The notes under the pieces are model-generated. The model was not told the origin of the DNA. It ran no database searches and was given only the letters and a program-made list of their open reading frames with translations. DNA of 64,000 bases. Origin: Chloropicon primus. Its lineage: Eukaryota. The DNA lies in contig CP060755.1 in the NCBI GenBank assembly GCA_023205875.1, positions 1,364,001-1,428,000 of the forward strand, in the 5' to 3' direction. Below, piece after piece: positions 10,684 through 21,700 of this stretch. The position numbers were made by a program, and so were the translations under genes. Positions within the stretch are counted from its first letter, which is position 1, and the number at the start of each line of letters is the position of its first letter.

Positions 10684-11826
10684 TCATTTAGTGACCTTGT
10701 ACTTTTTAATCGTGCTCAGAAGCTGCTTGGCCTGGCTGTTGTTCTTGAAGTGATCCCTCACCGGCTGCAAGATGGTGTTGATCGCAGTTGCCAGCGAAGG
10801 CTTGACGTCACCAGGGTGAAGGGCTCCCGACTTGTAGTCCTCTACGATTGCCTCAAACGTGTCGTATGTTACATTTCCCCCGTTCTCCTCCTTGCGGAAC
10901 ACCTCGAAGTGGCCGAACCACGGCAGGACGACGTACTGGACGTACTCCAAGCAGGGGTTGCCCTCCACCTCTTGCGGTGGGCAAAAAGCCTTCTTGATCT
11001 TCGTCTTCACCTCTTGCTCCGAGTCCTCCATGAAGATCGCCGAGCTTGGGTCGCTCTTCGACATCTTCTCCTGGCCCTGCAGGAGTCCGCTCAACATGTG
11101 GTGGGACAGGATGATGGGCTTGAGCTTCTTCTTCTTCATGTCGCAGTACTCCCTCGCAAGCATGTTGACCTTCCTCTGGTCCATTCCCAGCTGGCAGATG
11201 TCCGCCTTGAGGAAGAAGATGTCTGCGCACTGCATGCAGGGGTAGAAGATCTGGGCCGCGGTCAGGTTCAGATTGGGGGCGCCGTCCTCCCCGGACTCCG
11301 CCCTTCCCATGATCTGTGAGCACCTGATTATTCTCTTCAAGGTGTTGAGCCTGGCGATGTCCATAACGAGCGGCCAGTACTCGTCCGAGCGTTCGTTGAT
11401 CTCGTCCGAAGTCCAGTGAAACTCCACGCCATCCATGTCCATGCCGATCGCCTTCCACACCTCTATCATGTACTCGCCGACCTTCCTGATCTTCTTCAGG
11501 TCTCCGCCCATCTTGTTGTTCAGCATCGCGAACCAGTCGGCTACCCAGAACTTGAACACGCAGCCAGCCTTGGTCAGCTTGTTCACATTCAGGGCTTTCA
11601 TCACACCCTGCGCGATGTGCATCCGGCCAGACGGCTCGAAACCGTCGTAGCACACGGGAAGAGGCTTCTTCTCCAACAGCTTCCTGAGCTCGGATTCTTG
11701 GATACACTCCTCTCCGATCGACCGGACGAGGTCGTACCTCTCGTCCAGGGTCAACCCATTCACCAGCTTCGGTTCCTCCACCTTCATGGCCTCCATCTTC
11801 TCCGTTGCAGCCTCCTCGCTCGCCAT
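10684..11826 (-). CDS. Tyrosyl-tRNA synthetase, cytosolic
   Basis: CYDGFEPSGRMHIAQG, YPCMQCAD, QLGMDQRKVN and KMSKS motifs. Confidence 0.96.
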   Translation of the reverse strand: MASEEAATEKMEAMKVEEPKLVNGLTLDERYDLVRSIGEECIQESELRKLLEKKPLPVCYDGFEPSGRMHIAQGVMKALNVNKLTKAGCVFKFWVADWFAMLNNKMGGDLKKIRKVGEYMIEVWKAIGMDMDGVEFHWTSDEINERSDEYWPLVMDIARLNTLKRIIRCSQIMGRAESGEDGAPNLNLTAAQIFYPCMQCADIFFLKADICQLGMDQRKVNMLAREYCDMKKKKLKPIILSHHMLSGLLQGQEKMSKSDPSSAIFMEDSEQEVKTKIKKAFCPPQEVEGNPCLEYVQYVVLPWFGHFEVFRKEENGGNVTYDTFEAIVEDYKSGALHPGDVKPSLATAINTILQPVRDHFKNNSQAKQLLSTIKKYKVTK

Positions 11827-11946
11827 CCCTCTCCCTCTCTCTCTCTCTCTCTCTCCTCTCTCTCACACACACACACTCTCCGCCGACGCGTGGGGCTGCC
11901 GCTTCACTGGTGCTCGCACGAACCGAAACCTAAATCTGACAGACGA

Positions 11947-11980
11947 CCTCGGCTTTGGCCTCGGCTTTGGCCTCGGCTTT
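11947..11980. repeat. 12-bp tandem repeat CCTCGGCTTTGG x~3
   Basis: Read directly, in the divergent TyrRS/TBC intergenic region. Confidence 0.85.
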
Positions 11981-12156
11981 TTCTTCGCTCTTTCCCTTTG
12001 CAAGGGAGGCCGAGGTAGCGAGCAAGGGGTGAGGGGAGCGGGCAGTCGCACGACTTGTTCTGTCTCGAATACCTCCCTCTCTCCGTCCTGCGCACTTTGT
12101 TGGGAACCAGGGGTTCGGTTTGGTTTGGTTTGGACAGAGCGCGAGGGGGGTGCAGG

Positions 12157-13515
12157 ATGGGAGATTGGGAGGAGGTGAACCACTGGGAGGTGGACGACTT
12201 CGAGGAGGAGGACTATCCGAGTACGAGCGAGGAGATGGAGGAGGTGGGGGGAGAGGGCGACGGGGGCGAGAGAGAGGATGGGGCGTCGAGCTTGGGAAAA
12301 CGCGTGGGCCTCGGGACTGCCCTGCTGTTGGGTGCGACTCTGGGGCTGGGGGTTGGGGTGTCGGTGGCGGCCGTAGCGACTATAGCGCACCAGCACATCA
12401 AGCAGAAGGGTCCGAGCTTGCTCGAGAAGCTTGGTTTGCACGGCGTGGCGGAGCGGGTGCCTCTCAAGTCGGAAAAGTGGTGCGAGAAGGTGGACGAGGA
12501 GGGGAAGCTGGCGAACTTCGAGTCCCTGCTGGAGGAGGTGTCGAGGGGAGGCATCTGCCCCAGCATAAGGGCAACAGTCTGGCCGTTTCTCCTGGGCCTG
12601 GTGGACGTCAACTCGAACGCCAAGGAGAGGGAGGAGGAGCTAAGCAAGCTCCGGAAAAAGTACGAGAACTTGCTGGACCAGTGCAAGAAGCTCCACGCGG
12701 AGCTCGAGGGGGGGAGCGACCAGCACGAGAACCCCAAGATCCTACAGACGGAGGAGTACAAGGAGAACAGGAGAATCCTGAACTTGGACCTCGTGAGGAC
12801 GGACTTTTCTTCGATGACGCTTTCGGAGCTGGACGCCCGCACGGAGGGCGACTCCAAGGACCTCGGGCTGGACGACCACATAGACAAGGCAGAGTACCTG
12901 ACCGCCGAGCAGAAGCGTTGCGCAAAGGACATGGGGAAAATCCTCCTTTGCTACTCTATCCACGATCCCCAGACGGGCTACTGCCAGGGAATGACGGACC
13001 TGGTCCAACCCTTCGTCCAAATTTTTCAGGACGAGGCGACCAGCTTTTGGGCCTTTTCGAGGTTCATGGAGTCCGCCAGGGAGAACTTCATGACCGACGA
13101 GAGCGGAATAATGACGAAGATCAGCTTGGTGAAGATGGTGCTGGCGGACATATCCCAGGACGTCTTCTCGTGGCTGAACGAGATCGGAGCGGAGTCCTTC
13201 TTCTTCGTGTATCGAATGATCCTTGTTCAGCTGAGGAGGGAGCTCAGTATCGAGGACTCCATGCTTTTTTGGGAGGTCTTGTGGGCGGAAGACCTGGCGA
13301 GGGACATGCAGGGGAAAGCCGACGTCCCGGGGTTCCTTATCTTCTCCATTGTCGCGCTCATCATGGAGAGAGCTGGAGAGATCACAAGGAACTGCAAGGC
13401 AGAGTCTGACGTCGTCCACATGTTTTGCAACTTGAAGATCGACGTGTGGCGCATGATAGAGGAAGCGAGGTTCGTCCGAAAGAAGTGGCTCCTGGTCGGG
13501 AGCAGCCCCGGCTGA
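12157..13515 (+). CDS. TBC-domain Rab GTPase-activating protein (TBC1D15/Gyp7-like)
   Basis: GGICPSIRATVWPFLLG, LDLVRTD (Arg finger), GYCQGMTDL (Gln finger), FWEVLWA. Confidence 0.9.
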   Translation: MGDWEEVNHWEVDDFEEEDYPSTSEEMEEVGGEGDGGEREDGASSLGKRVGLGTALLLGATLGLGVGVSVAAVATIAHQHIKQKGPSLLEKLGLHGVAERVPLKSEKWCEKVDEEGKLANFESLLEEVSRGGICPSIRATVWPFLLGLVDVNSNAKEREEELSKLRKKYENLLDQCKKLHAELEGGSDQHENPKILQTEEYKENRRILNLDLVRTDFSSMTLSELDARTEGDSKDLGLDDHIDKAEYLTAEQKRCAKDMGKILLCYSIHDPQTGYCQGMTDLVQPFVQIFQDEATSFWAFSRFMESARENFMTDESGIMTKISLVKMVLADISQDVFSWLNEIGAESFFFVYRMILVQLRRELSIEDSMLFWEVLWAEDLARDMQGKADVPGFLIFSIVALIMERAGEITRNCKAESDVVHMFCNLKIDVWRMIEEARFVRKKWLLVGSSPG

Positions 13516-13567
13516 TTATAAACGAAGTATATTAAGAATTACAGGATCAAATCACTAGTACATTTTT

Positions 13568-16201
13568 CTATTGAGTGCTCAAAAGAATGCTCTCCACCTT
13601 GCTAAGCTCTTTCGCGATGTCAGGGAACTTCTCCTGAAGCTTCTTGGTGAGATTGAGGAGCTTCTCGTTCACTTCCGCGGACTTTTCCGACTCCGATTTG
13701 ATTTTTTCTGCATCACCGAGAGACTTGAACTTTCCTTGCTTGGCGTCCTCGAACCACTTCAACTTCTTTTGGTTCAATACAGTGTTCAGAAGGCTGAGCT
13801 CCTTCTGGGTTCTGATCTCCTCGATCTCCTGGATGAGGCTGCCTTCCGCCTCCTCCACACTTTGCAGCTGGGTGAGCTCGTAATCAAGCTCGCTCGACCT
13901 CGCGTCCCTCTCCAGCGCCTTCTGCTTGGAAGACTTCTCGAAGACCTTCGACTTCTTGTTCGTGTCCTTGATTCTTCTTTGGAGCTCCATCGAGGACTTT
14001 TTGAGGCCAGCCTCGGTCAGGGAAGCCCTCCCCTTCTGTTGACCCGCCCTGCCCTTGTTGGCAATGAACTCGCGCTTGTGGATAGCCCTCTCCATGTCGG
14101 ATATGAGCTTCTCCTGCTGCCTGATGAGTTCTTGGTGCCTCAGCTTCATCCTGTGGATCTCCTTCTTCATCGCTCCCACGACGTCTTGTCCAACGTTTGG
14201 ATCGATGGTGGCCTGCATCTCCCTCTCGAGGTGAATTTTCCTCTCCCAGAGCAAGATTTGCCTTTCGTACTCCACCATCTCGGACAAGATCTGCCTCTTC
14301 TCCTCCTCCTTGACCTGGATCTTCTCCAACAGCTGGTTCGTCTCGGCCTCCAGCTCGTTCAACTGGTTCAGAATCTTTGACTCCAAGTTGAAGTTCTCGT
14401 TGGCCAGGTCGGACTGGAGCTGGGTGTGCTCCGCGATCAGACTGTTCAGCCTCGTCATATCATAGTGCATGTGCTCTATGCTCGTGTCCAGCTTCTTGAT
14501 ATCGGTGTTGTACTGCTGGTGCTGGTTGCTCAGGCGCTTGCGCTTCTGCATCAGGATCGTGTGCTCGCTCTTCATCCTTTGGATGGTCTCCTTCATGTCG
14601 TTGTTCTCGTGCTGCAAGGACACGAGGTCTGTCTGCAAGGTCATCCAGCGCTTCTGGAGCTCCTTGCTCTCCGCCGTCTTCTGGTTGATCTCTCTCGTCA
14701 TGTTCGCAATCGTCGCCTCGAGCGGACCCATGTTCTCCTCCGTCTTGTTTCCAACGATCTTCTCGTAGGCGCGGTTCAACCTGTCCATCTCGGAAGTCTT
14801 CTTCTCAACGTCATCGTTCTTCCTTCGGATCTCGATCTCGTACCTCTGGATGGTGCGGGCCTTCTCCTTGAGCTCGTCGTCCAGGGCCTTGAGCGTGTCC
14901 TCCAGCCTGGAGTTGTGTGCCTGGGTGTTCAGCAGGTCCACCTTGATCTTGGCGATCTCGTTGTTCAGGTTGATGATATCGATCTCTTCCTGCTTGATGA
15001 GCTTCACCGTCTTCTTGGTGTGCTGGATGGTCTTCTGAGAGCTCTTCTCCATGGTGGTCTGGTCGCTGATGTTGTTCAACATGTCCAACTCGATGTCTTG
15101 GATCTCTTGGTTGATCCTGAAGATGTTCTTATCCACGCTCTGGATCTCGCTCCTGACCTTCTGGCCCTCGAGGACAGCCTTTTGGACCGTCTTCTCGGTC
15201 TCCTCCAGGGAGTTGGAGAGCCTCATGTGCTGCTCGTAGAGCCTGTCCTTCCTCTCCACGCTCTGCGCAAGCTGCTTCTTCAGGAACTCGGCCTCTCCCT
15301 CGAGCTTCTTCAGCACGCTCGTGAGCTGCTCGTTCTGGATCTGCTCCATCCGCACGGACTTCTTGTACCCCTCGATCTCAGATTCCATGGCCAGCTGCTG
15401 CTCCCTCTGCTTCCTGAGGGCGTCCTCCGTCGCCTGCAGGGCCTCGTCCCTTCTGGAGATGGCCAGGAGACTGCTCTTCCACCTCTGCACGAGCTGCTTC
15501 TTCTCAAAGTGGATCGTCTCCATCTCCAAGGAAGCCTCGTTCAGAGCCTCCTGGGCCACCTTGGTCTCGTGCTTCTGGGCAATGAGCTGCGCGTCGTACA
15601 GCTTGAGGCGCTGGTTCTCGTGCTTCAGAGTCTCCTGCAGGTTGTCGATGAGAAGGTCCTGCTCCTGCTTGGCCTTCTCCTTCTTGGTGATGTTCTCCTC
15701 GGCCACAAAGGTCGCACGGCGAGTGATTGAGATCTCGTTCTTCGTCTCCTCGCTGTACGCCTCGATCTGCTTCAGAGTGGACGCGAGCTTGTCGTACTCC
15801 TTCTGGCTTTCGCCCACGGCGTCCTCCCTCATCTTCGTCTCCTTCGCTATGGCCTCGGAGCGAGCCTTGGTGGTCTTGAGCTCAGCGTCCGCGTTGGAGC
15901 GGGCATCCGTGACCACGTGGAGATCTTCCGAGACGTTTTCCAGGTTTATCTGGAGCTTGGCGAGCTGCTGCTGCTGCCCGTAGAGATCCACACCAATCTG
16001 CTCCCTCTGGGTCTTCGCCACCTTGAGGGCCTCCTCCTTCTCCCTCAGCTCCAGCTCTGCCCTCTCCTTGGCAGACACCAACTGACTGGCGAGGGCAGCC
16101 TGGGCTCGCGCCAGGAGCGGGTGGCTTGGGTCCATCCCCATCTCCGGCACGTCCACTCCCTCCTCAATCACGTCATCGTCGTCTACTGCGTTCGGCGCCA
16201 T
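13568..16201 (-). CDS. CCDC40: Coiled-coil domain-containing protein 40 (FAP172), axonemal 96-nm ruler
   Basis: MDPSHPLLARAQAAL, REQIGVDLYGQQQQLAKLQ, ILLWERKI and MKKEIHRMKLR motifs in an 877-aa coiled coil. Confidence 0.85.
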   Translation of the reverse strand: MAPNAVDDDDVIEEGVDVPEMGMDPSHPLLARAQAALASQLVSAKERAELELREKEEALKVAKTQREQIGVDLYGQQQQLAKLQINLENVSEDLHVVTDARSNADAELKTTKARSEAIAKETKMREDAVGESQKEYDKLASTLKQIEAYSEETKNEISITRRATFVAEENITKKEKAKQEQDLLIDNLQETLKHENQRLKLYDAQLIAQKHETKVAQEALNEASLEMETIHFEKKQLVQRWKSSLLAISRRDEALQATEDALRKQREQQLAMESEIEGYKKSVRMEQIQNEQLTSVLKKLEGEAEFLKKQLAQSVERKDRLYEQHMRLSNSLEETEKTVQKAVLEGQKVRSEIQSVDKNIFRINQEIQDIELDMLNNISDQTTMEKSSQKTIQHTKKTVKLIKQEEIDIINLNNEIAKIKVDLLNTQAHNSRLEDTLKALDDELKEKARTIQRYEIEIRRKNDDVEKKTSEMDRLNRAYEKIVGNKTEENMGPLEATIANMTREINQKTAESKELQKRWMTLQTDLVSLQHENNDMKETIQRMKSEHTILMQKRKRLSNQHQQYNTDIKKLDTSIEHMHYDMTRLNSLIAEHTQLQSDLANENFNLESKILNQLNELEAETNQLLEKIQVKEEEKRQILSEMVEYERQILLWERKIHLEREMQATIDPNVGQDVVGAMKKEIHRMKLRHQELIRQQEKLISDMERAIHKREFIANKGRAGQQKGRASLTEAGLKKSSMELQRRIKDTNKKSKVFEKSSKQKALERDARSSELDYELTQLQSVEEAEGSLIQEIEEIRTQKELSLLNTVLNQKKLKWFEDAKQGKFKSLGDAEKIKSESEKSAEVNEKLLNLTKKLQEKFPDIAKELSKVESILLSTQ

Positions 16202-16766
16202 CCTGCCCTTCCCTCTCGTCCCTCAACGTCTCCGTCCAGTCCTTCCCTCATTGACTCGCAAGCCCAAGGCTTCGAATTTCCCTATTTTCCTTTCTTTTCA
16301 AACCAAGGAAAAAGGAAAAGGAAAAGGAAAAGGACATCTTAACAAGAAATCTTAGCAAGGCAAGGCAGGCGTCGTATACCATTCTAAAACGATAGAAACG
16401 AAGAGAACAGAAGAAGAGGGAGAGAGGGAGAAGAAGAAGAGAAGAAGAGAGGAGAGGGGAGGAAATGTTATTGGAAAAGTGATGAAGACAAAGAACAGGG
16501 AGGGGGACTCGTGCTCGTGCTCGTGCTCGAGTCGGTTCCATTGAACGGCACGAGGGGGGCGGTTGCGGGACACGAGGACTGAGCGATGAGGTGCCTCCCG
16601 GTCGAACGCCTGTACGAGCTGTCCAAGGACAAGGGGGAGGAGGAAGGGACGCACGAGTAGGAGTGGAGAGAGAGAGAGAGAGAGAGGGCGGGAGGGAGAG
16701 AGAAGACGATTATTGGTTGCTTTTGGTGGTGGTCGACTGTCGAGTGGACACCTCACGCTCCCAAAC

Positions 16767-17456
16767 ATGGACGCGAACCAGTCGAAGGCGCTTCTCAAGC
16801 TCGGCGTGGCCACGGACCTTGGGACAGCGATCAGGACGAACAAGTCGTTCTCGAAGGTCGCTTCGTCCTCGCCAGAAACGAGGAGGGCAGACAAGCTCCT
16901 TCAAGACTTCATCAGGTCCAACCCCAACAGGCACCTGGACCTGAAGCAGCTGGACAGGCTGCTGGTGCAAAAGATTCAGAAGGACATCGAGGCCCGGGCC
17001 ATGCAGAAGAAACCGAGCCGCGTGAGGGTGTCCGTCCCTCCCGGAAAGCCTGCGGCAAGGGCCGTGGCCCGGACCCCAAAGCCCCCGGCTTCCGCCAAGT
17101 TGGAGGAAGGGGGCACAGACGATGCAGCGGGGGGGGAGGTCGTCGGGTCCCGGGCGACGACCGCGGAGTCGTCCCGGCGGAGCCCGGACGGGAGGTCCAC
17201 GGCGGCGAGGGCGGGCACGGGCGCCACGACGCGCGCGGCCACGGCGAGGGCGGAGGCCGGCGTCCTCGCGACGACAACTGCGGACAAGAGCTCCGAGATC
17301 GACATCGTGAACTTGGACGAGGCCTTGGGGGAGATAAACCAGGCCAAGCCGATGGTGCTGAACCTGGAGGAGCTCATGGACAGCACGCTCGAGGTCCTGG
17401 AGTACGAAGCGAGCAGGCCCCTGGAGCCGCAGCAGCAGCAGCAGCTCGAGGAGTAG
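16767..17456 (+). CDS. Hypothetical protein
   Basis: ATG in AAACATGG context, coding-like GC3 bias, no recognised domain. Confidence 0.6.
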   Translation: MDANQSKALLKLGVATDLGTAIRTNKSFSKVASSSPETRRADKLLQDFIRSNPNRHLDLKQLDRLLVQKIQKDIEARAMQKKPSRVRVSVPPGKPAARAVARTPKPPASAKLEEGGTDDAAGGEVVGSRATTAESSRRSPDGRSTAARAGTGATTRAATARAEAGVLATTTADKSSEIDIVNLDEALGEINQAKPMVLNLEELMDSTLEVLEYEASRPLEPQQQQQLEE

Positions 17457-17590
17457 GGAGCGAGTCGAAGGAGGCCGGACGAAACAAAAAACCAATACAG
17501 TTACTAGGCGTCCAAATAAAAATCACTAAAAACTCTCCCAAAGTGTACAAAAAAAATTCCGCTTTCCACCGCCTCGCGCGCGCCTTCTCC

Positions 17591-18139
17591 TCACGCGGTG
17601 TGGTTCTTCAGCTTCTCGTTCTCCCTCTTCAGGTTCTCCACTAACTGCAAGAGCTTCTCCTGCTTGAGCTGCTCCTCCATGATGTAGGCCTTGTTCACCA
17701 CGTACCCCTCGGTTCCACCGCCCTGGACGGCGATGCAGGAGGGCAGCTGGTACTGGAAGAGCTGCTTGAGGAACTCGGAGCCCATGGTGTTCTGCTGCGG
17801 CTCGCCGTTTCTGTGCGCGTGGGTGCGTTTGCCACCACGCGTCGGAGGAGAAAGAGACGGAAGGAAGGGGGGTCGTCAGCAATAGAGGCGGGAGAGAGGG
17901 GGTCGTCGGTCGTCGACGTCGTCGTACCTAGTGCCGGACAGGAAGTAGTGGTCCACCCTGCCAAAGTTCTGCATGCCCGCGGACTGAACCGCGGCGGCGG
18001 CGTGCATGCTCCTCGTCGTGGGACCCAGGCCCTGGTTGTTGTTCTGGCGCCTCTCCACGTTCGAGGTCGGGTGGCACGCCTGCGAGGAGGTGGCTGAGCC
18101 CTGGATGCTCGCCGCTCCCTTCGCCATCTTCGATATCAT
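17591..18139 (-). CDS. Hypothetical small protein with C-terminal coiled coil; intron 17811-17927
   Basis: AG|GTACG donor and CACAG acceptor join MISKMAKG...YFLSGTR in frame to NGEPQQNTMGSEFLKQLFQYQLP...LKRENEKLK. Confidence 0.6.
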
Positions 18140-18765
18140 ACTCGCGGCGCGAGGGACCCACACAACACTGCAATCGATCGGTACCCGCGGCAATTCGTCC
18201 TCCTCGTCAAGCTTGAGGTTCGCGCTCTTTCGGTCGTCGTCGTCGTCCTCCCTTGTCGTCGTCGTCGTCGTGGAAGGTTTGCTACAGGGGCTCGGCCATG
18301 GGACCTGATCCACAAAGCAGCAGCCAATCAGAGGCGAGAGAAAAACAGAGCCACAAATCCCAGCGAAAAGTGATCGCAATCGCAAAAAGTATCTCCTGAA
18401 CGTCCGATTTGAGTGCAAACGTTTTTTTTTTAATAGGTTTTAGAAAAGGGCGCGTTTCGTCGAGCTGTCAGCCTTGGGGCGAGACGGGGAGGACACGCGC
18501 ACACCCGGCGACGCACACGCACACGCTCCCTCCCTCCCTGCTTCCCCTCGTTTTTTTCGTTCGGAAAGTTTGGATCTTTGGTGCTTCTTCGGGCCTGGGG
18601 ATAAGCTCCCACCACCCCTTTCCGAGGAGCCAAGGCGTTGTGTGTTGTCGTCGTACAGCAACAAGTGGTGGTGATGAGGGTCCACAACAAGAGCGCTTGT
18701 GCTTTCCTGACCTGACTGGAAGAAAAACGGAGCAGAAAACACTTTTGGGGGGGTACTTGGAGGAG

Positions 18766-21700
18766 ATGAACAGTCTGAGCGGCTCGGCGCTGGCCAGGCG
18801 CAGGATGGGGCGACCCGGCGGCAAGGACGAGACCGAGGCCCCCGCCTCGATCTCGGAGGACGCCCTTTCCTGGGCCACGGTCTCCGAGGCCGCGTCCACC
18901 TCCCTCGCGAGCGTCAAGACGGTGTCCTTCGACCCCTCCTCCAGGACCCTGTTCGCGACGCACAAGACCGGGAACGTCCTGCTGTGGGACTGGGAGTCCG
19001 GAGGGTTCGAGACCTTCCTGGCGGTCGACAAGGACAGGGACGACATGGTGCACGCGGTGCTGTGCGTCGGGGACACCCTGTGGGTCTCCTCGGGGAAGGG
19101 GAAGATCATCCTGTACGACATCGCGACGGTCAAGACGGTGACCAAGGTGGTGGCCCACACCGCCGAGGTGTTCTGCATGAGGAGGGTGAGCGGCACGGGG
19201 GTCGCCAAGGTCCTCACCGGGAGCATCGACTTCGTGGTGAAGATCTGGGACGAGGACGCCATGCTGGTGTCCCACAGCTCCCACCACCATGGGGCCATCC
19301 TGTGCGCGGTCCAGGTGCGGGCCCCCCGACTGGGGAGGGACTTGGACCACCCCCAGATCTGGACGGGGTCCCACGACGGCACCGTGTTCAAGTGGAACGA
19401 CACCAACAAGGACGGGGAGGTCAGCAAGGAGGAGGGCGCGACGCTCAAGCACGCCACGTCGGAGGCCGTGACCTGCCTGGAGCAGGTCAACGACTACATC
19501 TGGGCGGGGACGGAGAGGGGCAAGCTCGTTATCTGGGACCTGGACGAGGAGGAGCCGGTGTGCGAGATCCCGGCGCACAAGGAGAGGATCAGCTCCGTGT
19601 GCGACATGGGGAGGTCCGCCTGGTCCGCCGGGGCGGACAAGGTCATCCTGGGCTGGAGCGCCAGGTCCCTCCCCGTCCGGCCCAAGATGCTCTACAAGGT
19701 CGACGCGGAGATCGGGTACGTGAAGAACATGATCAGGATCAACTGGGGGCTTTGGGTGTTCCACAGCAAGGGCCTGGCCATCTACTCGGCGGCGAGCTCC
19801 CTGGAGGACGCCCAGGACCGGTGCGAGCAGCTCCTGGAGGAGAAGGACAGGTTGGCCTCCAAGATGAAGGACCTCGCAGACGACGTGGCCCACGGCAAGG
19901 CCGTGGAGGACTCCCTCGAGCACCAGCTCAGGACCCTCTCGGCCAGGCAGGAGAAGGCGAAGGCGGAGCTCGCGAACACGAAGGGCCAGCTCGCGGACAC
20001 GCGGTCAGAGCTGGAGGAAGCGAAGAAGAAGCACGAGGACTCGGCCAAGGAGGCCAGCGAGGACATGCAGAGGAAGGACGACCAAGCCAAGGCCAAGGAA
20101 GCTGAGCTGGACGGCTTGAAGCAGAAGCTGGGGGAGCTGGAGGCGAAAAGCAGGGACGCGAAGGACCTCGCGAAGAAGCAGGAGCAGAAACTGGCAGAGG
20201 AGCTCCAGGCGAAACAGGAGGAATTGGCTTCGAAGGAGATGGAGCTGGCCGCAAAGGGGAGCAGCGCCATCGAGGAGAAGGAAAGACTCGAAGGGGAGCT
20301 GTCCTCGAAAGCCTCTGAGCTCGAGAAGAAGGAGCAGGATATGAGCAGCCTGCAAAAGAGGCTCGAGGAGGAGAAAAGGGAGAAGGATGCCACGGTGGCA
20401 ACTCTCCAGAGCGAATTCGAGGTCAAGCTGCAGAGGGAAACGGAAGCGAAAGAGGGTGAGATCGAGAAGCTCAGGGCAGAACTCCAAGCCAAAGCCGAGA
20501 AGGAACAGAGGGAGAAAGAGGGCGAGATCGCGGCCTTGAAGGAGAGGATGCGGGCCCAGCTGGAAGCCGAGAAGACCCAGAGGGACGGGGAACTAGCAGA
20601 CCTGAGGACCAAACTGCAGGCCGAGCTGGACGCGGAGAGAGAGGACAACAAGAGAGAAATCGAGAGCTTGCTGAATCGGATTGGGGAGCTCGAGAGCCGG
20701 GCCGAGAACTCTGCGGGGGAGAATCAGAAGCTGCTGGAAAGCAAGGACCGGGAGAAGATGGGTCTGGAGCAGGAACTTGCGGAGGCTTTGCGAGGGAAAG
20801 ATGAGGCGGAGAAGCAGGCCGGGTCCTTGCAGGACCAAGTCTCACGGAACTTGGAAGACATCAAGAGGTTCCAAGATCAGATCACGGGGCTGAACGACAA
20901 GATGAGTGCCTTGGAGTCGGAGTTGAAGAAGCGGGAGTCGGAGCTGGCCGATAAATCGTCCGAGGTCGAAAAATTGGAGAACGAGCAAAGTTCCTTGCGC
21001 GAGACTTCTACCAAAACTCTTGACGAGGCCCTGGCCAAGTCTCAAGCGGAGAGAGAGGATATGGAGGGGAAGCTGAACACCGAGATCAAGGGATTGCAGG
21101 ACAAGTTGGCAGATATCAGCCGAAGCCGTGACGAGGGACTCCGTGATTCAGAGGGGAAATTGCGGGAAGCAGAAGCTTCGGTGTCTTCTCTCCAAGAGTC
21201 GCTGAGCAAGAGTGAGACGGACAACGCGAGGCTTGAGAATGAAAACTCAAAACTCGCCGAGGATGTGAAGAACTTGCGCAGCAATCATGCCAAGACGCTC
21301 TTGCTTGCCGGAAGCAAGCACCAGGAGCTGCTTGCCCGGAGCAGGAAGGAGATGGAGGAGAAGAGTCTACAATACGAGAAAACAATCGAGGCAAAGGATG
21401 CTGAGATAAAGGACCTCCAGAACAAACATTCTGAAGCTTGCGGGGAATACGAAGAGCGCCTCAAGGAAGTTGAAGAGGCTCGAGATGGGAGGGAAGCGGA
21501 AATGGCAGGCGAAATCGACAAACTGCAGGAGGAGCTGCAAGAGAAAGAGGGAGAGTGCAGCCAGCAACGGAGTCATGCCCAAGAGAAAGAGGAAGAGTAC
21601 GAGTCCACGATCAGATCCAAAGATGAGGCCCACAGGTCTGAAGTTGCAGAGCTTGAGGGCAAGGTTCGAGAATGTGAAGACCTTCTGGAGAACCAGAAAG

